A stretch of 64,000 bases of DNA, taken from positions 124,001 through 188,000 of the IMG/VR virus record IMGVR_UViG_3300041411_000129, one strand, 5' to 3'. The translations under genes were made by a program, and so were the position numbers. Below, piece after piece: positions 17,893-27,043 of this stretch. The notes beneath the pieces were generated by a model. It was not told where the DNA came from and did no database searches. It saw only the letters and a program-made list of their open reading frames with translations. How positions within the stretch are numbered: position 1 is the first letter of the stretch; every line of letters begins with the position of its first letter.

Positions 17893-19413
17893 TTGAAGAT
17901 CGACGTCTATAGCCATTCGTTCATGGTCAGTGATTTGAACGAGCGACAGAAGAAAGCCGTCGAACAGTTCTGCAAAACACTCATCCAGCATGAGATGGTT
18001 ATTGAAGACGGCCGTAAGGAGATGGTGGCTGCAAGGGTGTTCGCATCCTCTACCGCTGCCAGACAGTACTACCGCTTCCACATCAACATGAAGGTGGAAT
18101 TCTTCCAGACCCTGAACTACAACTTCATTAAGTCTGATGAATACACGGTCGTTAAACACGATAACACTCCAACGGATCGCTTCAAGGTTGAACATGAAGT
18201 AATCCACTTGTGGCCACCTCGCCATCCACAGCCGGCTATCATTAACCACGTTGTGAATGAGGAAGGTAGCAACAAGGTCGTAACCCTCCAGACCGGTAAG
18301 GGTAAGACGGAGCTGACGAAGCACTGCATGCACCAGCTGGGGCTGCGTACGGCTATCTTCATGAAGGGTGGTTATCTAGACCGTTGGGTGCCTGACCTTG
18401 AGTCATCATTCAAACTGAAGCGTGGTCAACTCCTTGTTGTCCGAGGAAGTCCGGCGCTGAAGGGTCTGATGGAAATGGTGTTGGAGAAGCGTGACATCGG
18501 TAAGGTCATCCTTATCTCCACAAACACCTACGTCAACTACATCAAGGAATTTGAAGCGGAAGGGTACGACTCAGGTTTCCCTATCGCACCGATCGACTTC
18601 TTTGAAATGTGCGGCATCGGTTTCGGTGTACTCGATGAGGGTCACCAGTACCCGCATGCTATCATGAAGTTCTTCGCTTACATGAATATCCACAAGTTCC
18701 TGACCTTGTCTGCAACACTCGACACCAAAGACAAGTTCATGAACAAGATGTACGAGATCATGTACCCGAGGCCTGCTCGATATAACGGGGATTATTACGA
18801 TGCGTTCATTGACGTGTCGGCGATCATCTACCAGTTGAGTAACGCCAAAGCGATTCGATGTAAGGGGTTCGGTGGAGCGTACAGCCACACGGCTTTCGAA
18901 GCCTCAATGATGTTGGCAAAGAACAAGAAGCTTCTTGAGAAGTATCTTGAAATGATTGCGTACTATATCCAGACTGACTTCGTCGATGTGATGGAGAAAG
19001 GACAGAAGGCAATCGTGTTCTGCGCTACCATTAAGCTTTGTACGATACTGACTAAGTTCTTGCAAAAGAAGTTTCCGAAACTACTCGTGGCTCGCTACGT
19101 GTCTGGGGACAAGATGTCTGTGTTGGAGCGCTCAGACATTGGCGTTAGTACAGTACTATCGGCAGGTACTGCGGTAGACATCAAGAACCTCCGTTACAAC
19201 CTGATGACAACAGCAATCGATTCCCAGCAATCGAACGAACAAACCTTGGGGCGTACACGTCTGCTGAAAGACTGGCCTGACATTACTCCACGGTTCCGTT
19301 ACTTCGTTTGCAGCAGCATCGAGAAGCACATGCTCTACCATCGCAATAAGCTTGACTACTTTAAAGGGAAGGTTAAGTCCCACGGTCAAGAGCAATCACC
19401 TTTCTACATTTAA
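17893..19413 (+). CDS. Superfamily 2 helicase (phiKZ gp75-like)
   Basis: Walker A LQTGKGKT, DEGH box, LSAT (motif III) and QTLGRTR (motif VI); TTG start with GGAG RBS. Confidence 0.92.
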   Translation: MKIDVYSHSFMVSDLNERQKKAVEQFCKTLIQHEMVIEDGRKEMVAARVFASSTAARQYYRFHINMKVEFFQTLNYNFIKSDEYTVVKHDNTPTDRFKVEHEVIHLWPPRHPQPAIINHVVNEEGSNKVVTLQTGKGKTELTKHCMHQLGLRTAIFMKGGYLDRWVPDLESSFKLKRGQLLVVRGSPALKGLMEMVLEKRDIGKVILISTNTYVNYIKEFEAEGYDSGFPIAPIDFFEMCGIGFGVLDEGHQYPHAIMKFFAYMNIHKFLTLSATLDTKDKFMNKMYEIMYPRPARYNGDYYDAFIDVSAIIYQLSNAKAIRCKGFGGAYSHTAFEASMMLAKNKKLLEKYLEMIAYYIQTDFVDVMEKGQKAIVFCATIKLCTILTKFLQKKFPKLLVARYVSGDKMSVLERSDIGVSTVLSAGTAVDIKNLRYNLMTTAIDSQQSNEQTLGRTRLLKDWPDITPRFRYFVCSSIEKHMLYHRNKLDYFKGKVKSHGQEQSPFYI

Positions 19414-19415
19414 GA

Positions 19416-19442
19416 AGCGGGGAGAAATCCCCGCCTTTATGT
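19416..19442 (+). terminator. Hairpin with TTTATG tail
   Basis: GCGGGGA-GAAA-TCCCCGC-CTTTATG. Confidence 0.7.
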
Positions 19443-19460
19443 TCCCATTAGGAGGAAAAG

Positions 19461-19661
19461 ATGTCCCTGAATCAACTCACCATGAAAGCAGAATACGTCT
19501 TCGCAGCTATCCCTCATGGGGAGCCTAGTGATGAATCAAAGCTTTATACGATCCACCGCCGAGCGCTAATACGTGGCGATGCCAAGGCTTGGGAAATCGA
19601 TAACGAGGTTATCGCCAAGCGCACCACGTTGGCCGAACATTACTCGCTGGAGGATTACTAA
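19461..19661 (+). CDS. Small hypothetical protein
   Basis: 66 aa with AGGAGG RBS; coupled (TAATG) to the next ORF. Confidence 0.75.
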   Translation: MSLNQLTMKAEYVFAAIPHGEPSDESKLYTIHRRALIRGDAKAWEIDNEVIAKRTTLAEHYSLEDY

Positions 19662-20089
19662 TGACATTGTTAATGGACCCAAACAGTGGCGAAGAATACG
19701 TTGGTGAACTGCCACTCTCTGATGGCAAGCCAGACTTTAAAGTCCACGTAATCTTCTATCGGTCTTCTCTGGCCGTCTCCCTAATGAATCCAGTTAATGG
19801 GATCATGCTCAGGGACGCTATTAGTCGTAGCCGTGCTGAAGCGCTGTTAAAGCACCTCGAACCACTAAAGGGCGACGCTACTTTGAGTAGCGCGCAGTTT
19901 GCGTATGAGGTTGAGAGAAGGTCCAGCAACTTATTTCACCACATGCGAGCATTCGCAGGTTTCGTAAGTATCGATAAGTCAGCTTACGATGACCCAACGG
20001 TAAGGTTCGAAGAAGCCATGCGTAAATTACCGACGGACCCTAAATGTTGGGACAAGGTTAACGCAATGGTAAACGATATCATTAAGTAA
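19661..20089 (+). CDS. Hypothetical protein
   Basis: 142 aa with GGAGG RBS. Confidence 0.75.
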   Translation: MTLLMDPNSGEEYVGELPLSDGKPDFKVHVIFYRSSLAVSLMNPVNGIMLRDAISRSRAEALLKHLEPLKGDATLSSAQFAYEVERRSSNLFHHMRAFAGFVSIDKSAYDDPTVRFEEAMRKLPTDPKCWDKVNAMVNDIIK

Positions 20090-20096
20090 CGAACAG

Positions 20097-20141
20097 CATA
20101 AAGCCCGGCATTGAGCCGGGCTTTATGTCACTCTTTTTTTT
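20097..20141. terminator. Bidirectional terminator at a convergent junction
   Basis: CATAAAGCCCGGC-ATTGA-GCCGGGCTTTATG, then a T run. Confidence 0.85.
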
Positions 20142-20147
20142 GCCGTA

Positions 20148-21917
20148 TTACTGGGCGTCAGCGTAGTACAGGATCACGTTCTGACGCTCTTCTTCATTCG
20201 GCACGTAGCGCAGAATGTTGTCGAGCTTGTAGATCTTGGCTTCACGCTGGCGAGTACCAGGTACGCGGGTATGGATCAGCAACGACATCAGGTCTTCGAA
20301 GGTCAGTGCAGCAGACTTCGAGATACCCAGCTGGTTGTAACCACGACGTGCGATTTCCGGCAGGAACAGCAGGGTGTAGTTGGTGTTGACGAAGTCCAGC
20401 AGGATGTTCCAGCCTTCGGTGAAGCCGACGCTGTCACGAGCCATTACTTGACGGATTGCTTTGTACAGCATGACTTGCGCCTTACCGGCGGTATCGTCAG
20501 TCAGGTTCTTGCCGTACTTGGACATGGCGTCCTTGTATTCGTCAAGTTTGGATTTCAGCAGGATGTTGTCCATGGAAGCTTCCGTAGGTGTATCAGCGAG
20601 GGTTTCGAGAATGCGTTGGCCGCTGAACTCTGCGGACAGACCCAGGCGCGCCTTCAGGCTTTCGACCAGGTCTTCCTTCGAGTGTTCGCTTTCGATCTGA
20701 TCCAGCAGAGCCGAGCGCAGTTCGAGGTGAGTCCACTGAGAAGGAGTCTTGCGGTCACGCATGCGGTCTTCGATCAGAACACCGTGTTCGGTAACAGCAG
20801 GCTTCTCGCCGGTCTGTACGAACAGCTTGACAGCTTCGTGAGTCCAGTTGTTCGGCAGGCGGTAACGTTTGTAGAGCTCGTCGTAGATCAGCTCTTCGTC
20901 CATGCCTTTCGGAGTCAGGATCAGACCATCAACCCAGTCAGCCAGTTCACCACCAGTCCAGTTGATCATGCTCTGACTACGACGCAGGTCGATAGGCCAG
21001 CTGCCACGAGCGGTCTTGGTTGGTTGAGCTTTGGTTTCGACGTAGGTCAACAGGGTATCGCGGTCCCAGGCAGCCAGAGCATCAACAGTCAGAACGCCGG
21101 TCAGATCAGCACGCAGACCTTCCAGAGAGGTAGGGTCGAGAGGGGTAGCCTCTTCTTCCTCATCCGGAACAGCTTCGTCTTCTTCGTCAGCCTTGGCGTC
21201 TTCGTCGACTTGAGGCTCTTCGACCTGAACGTCAGGTTCTGGCGCTTCTTCGCCTTCAGGCGGAGTTTGATCTTCCGCTGGAGTTTCGATGAGCGGTAAT
21301 TCATCGACTGGAGTTACGAACTCGGTCAGTCCGCGGTCGTTGACATTTACATCACCGCCGGCAGGAACTCCCGAATCAACTGGAAGCTCGACCACTTCAG
21401 ACAGATCGGTGATCTGAACGGTCACTTCCATTACTGGAGCCGGTTCAACGACATCACCAGCAGCCAAATGAGCGGCCGCAGCAGCGGCTTCTTCAGCTTC
21501 AGTAACTTCAGGTTCTTCGGCGAGAGCAGCTTGTTCGTCTTCTACCGATTCTTCCAGCGGCTGAACTTCTTCGTCAGCCATCAGCAGGCGAACCATTTCA
21601 ACGGTGTTGGCATTACCAGCTTCGTCGAAGAAGTACTGTTTGAAGAGGTCGGTCACTTCAGCATCGAAGTGGTCAGTACCCAGCGAGTCCTGATCGACGC
21701 CGACCAGTTGCGCTTCGATAGCGCCTTTCAGCGAGTCTGCCAGCTCAACACTGTTGTCAGCCGCTGGCTCATCACCTTCAGCAGTGGCTACAGGCTCTTC
21801 AGCGCCTTCCTCAGCAACGATCGGAGCTTCTTGCTCCGGTTGTGCCTGTTCCAGCTGCTCTTCCGCTACAACGGCTTCAGGAGCTTGCTGTTCGGTGTTC
21901 TCGTTATTCTGTTCCAT
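20148..21917 (-). CDS. Conserved phiKZ-like protein with a very acidic N-terminal half
   Basis: 589 aa; E/A/P-rich first ~270 aa and a globular C-terminal region. Confidence 0.8.
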   Translation of the reverse strand: MEQNNENTEQQAPEAVVAEEQLEQAQPEQEAPIVAEEGAEEPVATAEGDEPAADNSVELADSLKGAIEAQLVGVDQDSLGTDHFDAEVTDLFKQYFFDEAGNANTVEMVRLLMADEEVQPLEESVEDEQAALAEEPEVTEAEEAAAAAAHLAAGDVVEPAPVMEVTVQITDLSEVVELPVDSGVPAGGDVNVNDRGLTEFVTPVDELPLIETPAEDQTPPEGEEAPEPDVQVEEPQVDEDAKADEEDEAVPDEEEEATPLDPTSLEGLRADLTGVLTVDALAAWDRDTLLTYVETKAQPTKTARGSWPIDLRRSQSMINWTGGELADWVDGLILTPKGMDEELIYDELYKRYRLPNNWTHEAVKLFVQTGEKPAVTEHGVLIEDRMRDRKTPSQWTHLELRSALLDQIESEHSKEDLVESLKARLGLSAEFSGQRILETLADTPTEASMDNILLKSKLDEYKDAMSKYGKNLTDDTAGKAQVMLYKAIRQVMARDSVGFTEGWNILLDFVNTNYTLLFLPEIARRGYNQLGISKSAALTFEDLMSLLIHTRVPGTRQREAKIYKLDNILRYVPNEEERQNVILYYADAQ

Positions 21918-21922
21918 GGGGT

Positions 21923-23209
21923 TTAGTTCCTAAGGAATGTCTCTAAGAAGAGAGGAGTTGTTTTGAGTTCTTTAGCGTGAGCGGAACCCATCATTACGGC
22001 CATCATCGTGGAAGGGATCTCACCTACCATCGAACCGATGGAATCAGGATAAGCCGACAGCTTGTCACCGAAACACACCTCACAGCAGTCTGTGCGTGGA
22101 GTGATACAGAACGCCGGGCTGAACATAGGGTACATCTTACCCAAGTACTGACCGATGTTTTCGGCAGACAACTTAACCGACTCTTTACCGTCAACGATGG
22201 TGCGGCCAATGAGGTCTTCACTGACTTCGATATCGAGCTGATCGGTAGTACCGCAGAAGCCCTTAACTACACGAGCGTTCTGGAAGATACGACCCATCAA
22301 GTCCACGTCCTCACCAGCGAGTGCGGTCATCGCACCACGGAAGTAAGAACCAGCACGTAGCGAGTTCACCATGTGGGGGAACTTGGTTACGTCCAGACCT
22401 TCTTGAAGAGAAGTAGTAACGAGCGTTGCACGACCACCTTCTTCAAATCCAGCTTCAGGTCCGTGGATCTGGAACATTCGTTTCAAAGCAGTGTTCAAGG
22501 ATTTACGTTTGTACAGGAAGCCTTCAGACGGATCACCCTTGAGGTTATCCGAATAGTCCTTGACCAGAGCATCCTGAATACGCGCTTGGATAACCGGGTC
22601 ATCCAATTGATCCTTATACAGCTCCAGCATTTCCTTCAGGATCTTATCCCGATTAGGAGACGGCTGAAGAGCATGCTCAGTAACGGATGGAACGAACATC
22701 TCGTAACCGGCTATGTCAGACACAGCCTTGCCGAAGCGTAGGTAATGCCGAACGTAGATCACGCCTGGCTTTTCTGGTACTTCGTTATCCACCATCGCAC
22801 CGATGATGAAACGCTCCAGACCACCTAGGTCGATTGGACCTTCAGCGTATTTAAACAGATCACCCCCGGCGTAAACCAGAACACGACTGTTGAATAGCAA
22901 GTCACCCCAAGTACCGTCAGGGAGATCCTTATCCAGATTCTCCACGTCACCAGCCTTGATAGGACCGCAGGAGTCGTGATAGATGTACGGGATCTCGTAA
23001 GGCTTAGCGTCCTGTAGGACCTGCCAGCTCCACTCACCCTTATCGTCCGGTACGTATACCTGAACGTTTTCCTTCGTGTGCTTCAAGCCCCACTTGAGAT
23101 CACCGTTCTTAACGTCGTCGATAACGACGGAGAAGGCACGCAAGATCCACGCTCGATTATAATGGACCTTTGCCTTCATCGATTGGATAAAGAAATCATA
23201 CTTCCGCAT
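21923..23209 (-). CDS. Virion RNA polymerase beta' middle subunit (phiKZ gp80-like)
   Basis: SL-x-EG, bridge-helix-like NSLRAGSYFRGAMTALAGE, FCGT and C...CCEVCFG Zn site. Confidence 0.85.
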   Translation of the reverse strand: MRKYDFFIQSMKAKVHYNRAWILRAFSVVIDDVKNGDLKWGLKHTKENVQVYVPDDKGEWSWQVLQDAKPYEIPYIYHDSCGPIKAGDVENLDKDLPDGTWGDLLFNSRVLVYAGGDLFKYAEGPIDLGGLERFIIGAMVDNEVPEKPGVIYVRHYLRFGKAVSDIAGYEMFVPSVTEHALQPSPNRDKILKEMLELYKDQLDDPVIQARIQDALVKDYSDNLKGDPSEGFLYKRKSLNTALKRMFQIHGPEAGFEEGGRATLVTTSLQEGLDVTKFPHMVNSLRAGSYFRGAMTALAGEDVDLMGRIFQNARVVKGFCGTTDQLDIEVSEDLIGRTIVDGKESVKLSAENIGQYLGKMYPMFSPAFCITPRTDCCEVCFGDKLSAYPDSIGSMVGEIPSTMMAVMMGSAHAKELKTTPLFLETFLRN

Positions 23210-24119
23210 GTCCAGCTCCGAAGATGGGTTGGTATACGTCGAACAGTTTTAGTTTCACCTGTTCGGCCCGACGACGATCGTCCATCTCGTAGAATAGATC
23301 GTCGAGACAGTTACCGATAGAGATCTTGGCATCCTCGAAGCTCTCGTTAGAGATCACTGCAAGCGAGAAGATGTCATTGATAGCCTCATCCATTGGCTTA
23401 TCGATCAAACGCCCCACAGCCAAGCCGTAGAGTGCTTCCATCGACACACCGAGACCCTCATCGTTACTGCCCATCTCTGCGCCGATCGAGTCTTTGTTAG
23501 TTTTCACCAGACGGGACAATCGTTTGAGTAATTCACCGTCACGAGTGCTAGTGATTTCATTTACGTTGTCAGCGGTGACGGCGGCCTTACATACACGCCT
23601 CACGTTCTTCGTGAAGTTGTCATGGATCTCGAGGATCTGCTCTTGAAGCAGGTCTTCGGAGTAAGTGCCCAATTGTGCCACGAGTTTGATGAACGCTTCA
23701 TCGACATCTTCAGCAGAATCGAGAAGGTCTACAAGGATAGTGGGCGTATCCGTTGGGTCGAAGTTTACGATGATCTCGTAGACCTCAGCCAACATGGCGA
23801 TAGGGATGTCTGGCGACAATTCCACACCGCAAATATTCAGGGACGTTTCAGCTGCAATGCGCAGCACTTCATCGAGACTGGAGACGATCTCCGTCGGATC
23901 GATGTTCTGATCGTTCAACTTAGAGAACAGTAAATCCATCTCGTCGAGATGGCTGGTCGTGTTGGATTTGATCAGGGACTTGTTCAGATTAACGTAGATC
24001 TCTTCAAGCTCTGGAGAGCAGCGATCCCGAGCGAGTGTCCGCACTGATAGTTCTGTGACGAAATCATCGTCGGCCTGCATTGGCTTGTCCATCAAAGCCC
24101 TCCCGGTTAAACCGTACAT
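23196..24119 (-). CDS. Conserved hypothetical protein
   Basis: 307 aa, helical and acidic; overlaps the start of the vRNAP subunit gene. Confidence 0.75.
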   Translation of the reverse strand: MYGLTGRALMDKPMQADDDFVTELSVRTLARDRCSPELEEIYVNLNKSLIKSNTTSHLDEMDLLFSKLNDQNIDPTEIVSSLDEVLRIAAETSLNICGVELSPDIPIAMLAEVYEIIVNFDPTDTPTILVDLLDSAEDVDEAFIKLVAQLGTYSEDLLQEQILEIHDNFTKNVRRVCKAAVTADNVNEITSTRDGELLKRLSRLVKTNKDSIGAEMGSNDEGLGVSMEALYGLAVGRLIDKPMDEAINDIFSLAVISNESFEDAKISIGNCLDDLFYEMDDRRRAEQVKLKLFDVYQPIFGAGHAEV

Positions 24120-24180
24120 TAATAGATATAGCTACCCTATATATGGGTTCGCTTAAAGCTTCATACTAGAGAGGTTCAGT

Positions 24181-24660
24181 ATGCGTAATAATAATTCCGA
24201 GCGATTCGTTGCTCACGGAAACTCGATCGAGGCTACTAATGCCGAAGTTGAGAAAGAAGTTCAGGGTTATCAAGACACTCTGGCCGTTAGTCTGAACGCT
24301 GCCATCCAGCCAGTCAAAGACCTCGCAGAGTCCATCAACGTATTGCATGCCGAAGGTCGTCAAGAGGACGTGCCTAAATTGACCGGCTTGGTGAAGATGC
24401 TCGCTCGCGACGCTGACGTGCTGCTGAAGGAAAAGAAAGAGGCTGATCAAGAACTGGAGAAACTCCGGGCTAATCCTCCGACCAAGAAGCGCCATCTGTC
24501 CAACCACCACGCCGGCCTGATGGCGGTGGGTGCTAAATACCTCGGTCTGTCCCAGCGCGCGACGAACACCGTAGGTAACATCCTCGGCGATTACATGGAC
24601 TTGATCGATCCGATCAAATCTAAACCTGCAACCGCAGAACAAAGTGAGGCTGTATCGTGA
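24181..24660 (+). CDS. Hypothetical coiled-coil protein
   Basis: 159 aa with GAGG RBS; GTGA overlap with the next gene. Confidence 0.8.
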   Translation: MRNNNSERFVAHGNSIEATNAEVEKEVQGYQDTLAVSLNAAIQPVKDLAESINVLHAEGRQEDVPKLTGLVKMLARDADVLLKEKKEADQELEKLRANPPTKKRHLSNHHAGLMAVGAKYLGLSQRATNTVGNILGDYMDLIDPIKSKPATAEQSEAVS

Positions 24661-26522
24661 GTGACGAACAGATCGTAGATCAACCTGAAGAAGAACGGCC
24701 GATCGTGCTGGAAGACCAGATCACCAAGCCGGCTGAGTTCAATCCTACTCCTGCCGATGAACCGGTCGATCTTACTCAAGCTGAGTGGGCGTCTATCGAA
24801 GAACTGCCTTCGGGCTTTGCTCACGAACCAGCTCCTGAGCATCCAGCTCAAGAAACCGGCGCTCTCGGCGATCTGTTGGCTGGCATTGCCGCCGATACAG
24901 CTGTACCGGTCAGTGAACAGATCGTGGATCTCTCCGTACCTGTTCCTGAAGCTGAAGCTGCGCCACTGCGCGAAATGGTTGGTGACTTCACGCCGAACAT
25001 GAACGTCAACGATGATCAGGGTATCCTGACCGTCCTGACTGATGTACAACTGGCCAAGTTCTCCCGCGACAACCCTTCCGTGCTGCTGTCCAACTTCTCG
25101 GCCGACGAACTGGACGTCATGTACGACCAGATCGAACGTCAAGTGGCGAACGCTCAGGAAGCTCGTGAAGAGCTCGTGAAGAATGGTGGTGGCGCTGGTC
25201 TTTACGCTGGTCGTACTGACGATGGTGAAGTGATCTACATCACCGCCAACGAAGGTAAGGCGATGGGTGCGATTGAAGACTATCGCAAGACCACCGCTCC
25301 ATTCCGTAACAACGCTGATCTCTTCGGCGATGATGACAGTGAGTGGACCAACCTTCCTAAGGTCGGTGATATTCCGATTGCTCCTGGTCGTCTGGATCAC
25401 GAGAAGTCCAAAGACCCGGTCATGCGTATCCGCGGTCGTCTGGGTATGGCTGTTGAATACACCAACCCGTTCTGGGCGTCTGGCCTGCACATGGTTATCG
25501 AAGGCGCTGGTGCGCTGGAAGAACTCTCTCTGGATCAGAAGATCCTGACTGAGAAAGCCGAAATGGGTCGTGACAGCAGCGGTTACGTTTATAGCGCTTC
25601 GGCACTGTACCTGAACCGTCCTGTGGTTGACTTCGCTCTGAGTCAAGTGCGTAGCACCACTATCGGTACTACTGATCCGCAAGTGCTGAAGAGCCTCTTG
25701 CTGATTACTGATATCGATCCGCTGGCGCTAGCAATGGCTTCTGCCAACATGCCTAACGGCTTCCTGCTGGAACGTCCTTGCTTGGAACAGGTCGGCGGTT
25801 GCGGTTTCGTTACCAAGCGTCAGGTTAACCTGCGCCGTATGCTGATGGTCCGTCGTTCGAAGCTGTCGGACGATCAGGCTCAGTTCATGAGCAAGCGTGC
25901 CGGTACTGTTGACATCAAGACTGTACTCGGCTACCAAGCCAAGATGCGTCCTGAGATCAGCCGTATCGTCAACCTGAAGGGCGGCTTGATTCTGCGCTTC
26001 AAGGTTCCTACCATCGCTGAATACGAGCGTATCGCTTCGGCATGGCTGGACTACATGGACCAACAGTCCCGTAAGGTTGCCGCCAGTAATGCTAACCAGC
26101 AAGAGCGTGAAGCGTTCCTGCTGAAGGCATCCCGCGTCTCCGTTCTGATGGCCTACGGTCACTGGATCGAAGCTGTGCTGGAAACCGATCCTGACGATCT
26201 GGCTGCTGACCCTAAGGTCATGATCGAACGCACTGGTGAAGAAGGTAGTCCTGAGCAGTACCAGTCTGACGTTCAGATGCAGCGTCTGTTGGTATCTCTG
26301 GCTGTCGATCAGGAACTGAGCGATCAGATCATCGAAGAGCTGAGCGAGTTCATCAACCAGATGACCATGTCTACACCGGTTATCCCGAAGATGAAGTGCC
26401 CGAACTGCGGTAAACAGATGCAGGGCGACGATGCGTCGAAGCACCCACACCTTGTAAACCTGAACGCCGTTGAAGTTTTTTTTACCCTACTCCGCCTCAG
26501 AATGCAAAAGCTGTCAAGCTAA
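24657..26522 (+). CDS. Conserved protein with C-terminal CxxC and FF end; candidate tail/baseplate assembly chaperone
   Basis: 621 aa; KMKCPNCGK...VEVFFTL; the T8 slippery run encodes the FF. Confidence 0.75.
   Translation: MSDEQIVDQPEEERPIVLEDQITKPAEFNPTPADEPVDLTQAEWASIEELPSGFAHEPAPEHPAQETGALGDLLAGIAADTAVPVSEQIVDLSVPVPEAEAAPLREMVGDFTPNMNVNDDQGILTVLTDVQLAKFSRDNPSVLLSNFSADELDVMYDQIERQVANAQEAREELVKNGGGAGLYAGRTDDGEVIYITANEGKAMGAIEDYRKTTAPFRNNADLFGDDDSEWTNLPKVGDIPIAPGRLDHEKSKDPVMRIRGRLGMAVEYTNPFWASGLHMVIEGAGALEELSLDQKILTEKAEMGRDSSGYVYSASALYLNRPVVDFALSQVRSTTIGTTDPQVLKSLLLITDIDPLALAMASANMPNGFLLERPCLEQVGGCGFVTKRQVNLRRMLMVRRSKLSDDQAQFMSKRAGTVDIKTVLGYQAKMRPEISRIVNLKGGLILRFKVPTIAEYERIASAWLDYMDQQSRKVAASNANQQEREAFLLKASRVSVLMAYGHWIEAVLETDPDDLAADPKVMIERTGEEGSPEQYQSDVQMQRLLVSLAVDQELSDQIIEELSEFINQMTMSTPVIPKMKCPNCGKQMQGDDASKHPHLVNLNAVEVFFTLLRLRMQKLSS
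26475..26483 (+). other. Putative -1 ribosomal slippery site (GTT TTT TTT)
   Basis: The -1 frame opens right after TGA 26471-26473 and stays open to TAG at 27001. Confidence 0.65.
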
Positions 26523-26536
26523 CTCCCAACGGCGAA

Positions 26537-27001
26537 GTGTATCACCATATCGGTCTCCATGATTTCGGTAAAGAGATTACTCCGTTCACGGAAGGTACTC
26601 CTCTGTATAACCTGATCATGGGTAAGACTGTGAAGGATGACTTCACTTCGCAGCTGATGTTCCTTGAAGCTTACGACGAAACCTTCGGTATCTTCGATCA
26701 CGCTACCTACGACCATAACGATCCAATGTCTATCATCGCGATGCATCCATCCGAGGATATGGTTACTGGGTCACGGTTGGTGTCGTATTCGAGGGAGCTG
26801 ATGGCTTGTCGTATTCCTGAGCTGACCAATAAGCCTATCGATGAGTTGATGCGATTACCCAAGTGGTATTTGGATGATCTGCTCAAAGATGGGCGTAAGG
26901 CGCGGCATCGGGAAGATGCTGAAGTGGAGAAGATGCAAAACGATCTTAAGGCTAGTGCAGAAGCTGCGGCTAATCGTACTCAAGGGAACGAGCAGCCGTA
27001 G
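26537..27001 (+). CDS. Hypothetical protein; probably the C-terminal extension of the upstream gene via -1 frameshift
   Basis: GTG start without a clear RBS; frame is open upstream to the slippery run. Confidence 0.7.
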   Translation: MYHHIGLHDFGKEITPFTEGTPLYNLIMGKTVKDDFTSQLMFLEAYDETFGIFDHATYDHNDPMSIIAMHPSEDMVTGSRLVSYSRELMACRIPELTNKPIDELMRLPKWYLDDLLKDGRKARHREDAEVEKMQNDLKASAEAAANRTQGNEQP

Positions 27002-27004
27002 ACA

Positions 27005-27038
27005 GCATAAAGGGCGGGGTAATCCCCGCCCTTTATGC
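27005..27038. terminator. Bidirectional terminator (perfect 15-bp inverted repeat)
   Basis: GCATAAAGGGCGGGG-TAAT-CCCCGCCCTTTATGC. Confidence 0.85.
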
Positions 27039-27043
27039 CCTTA

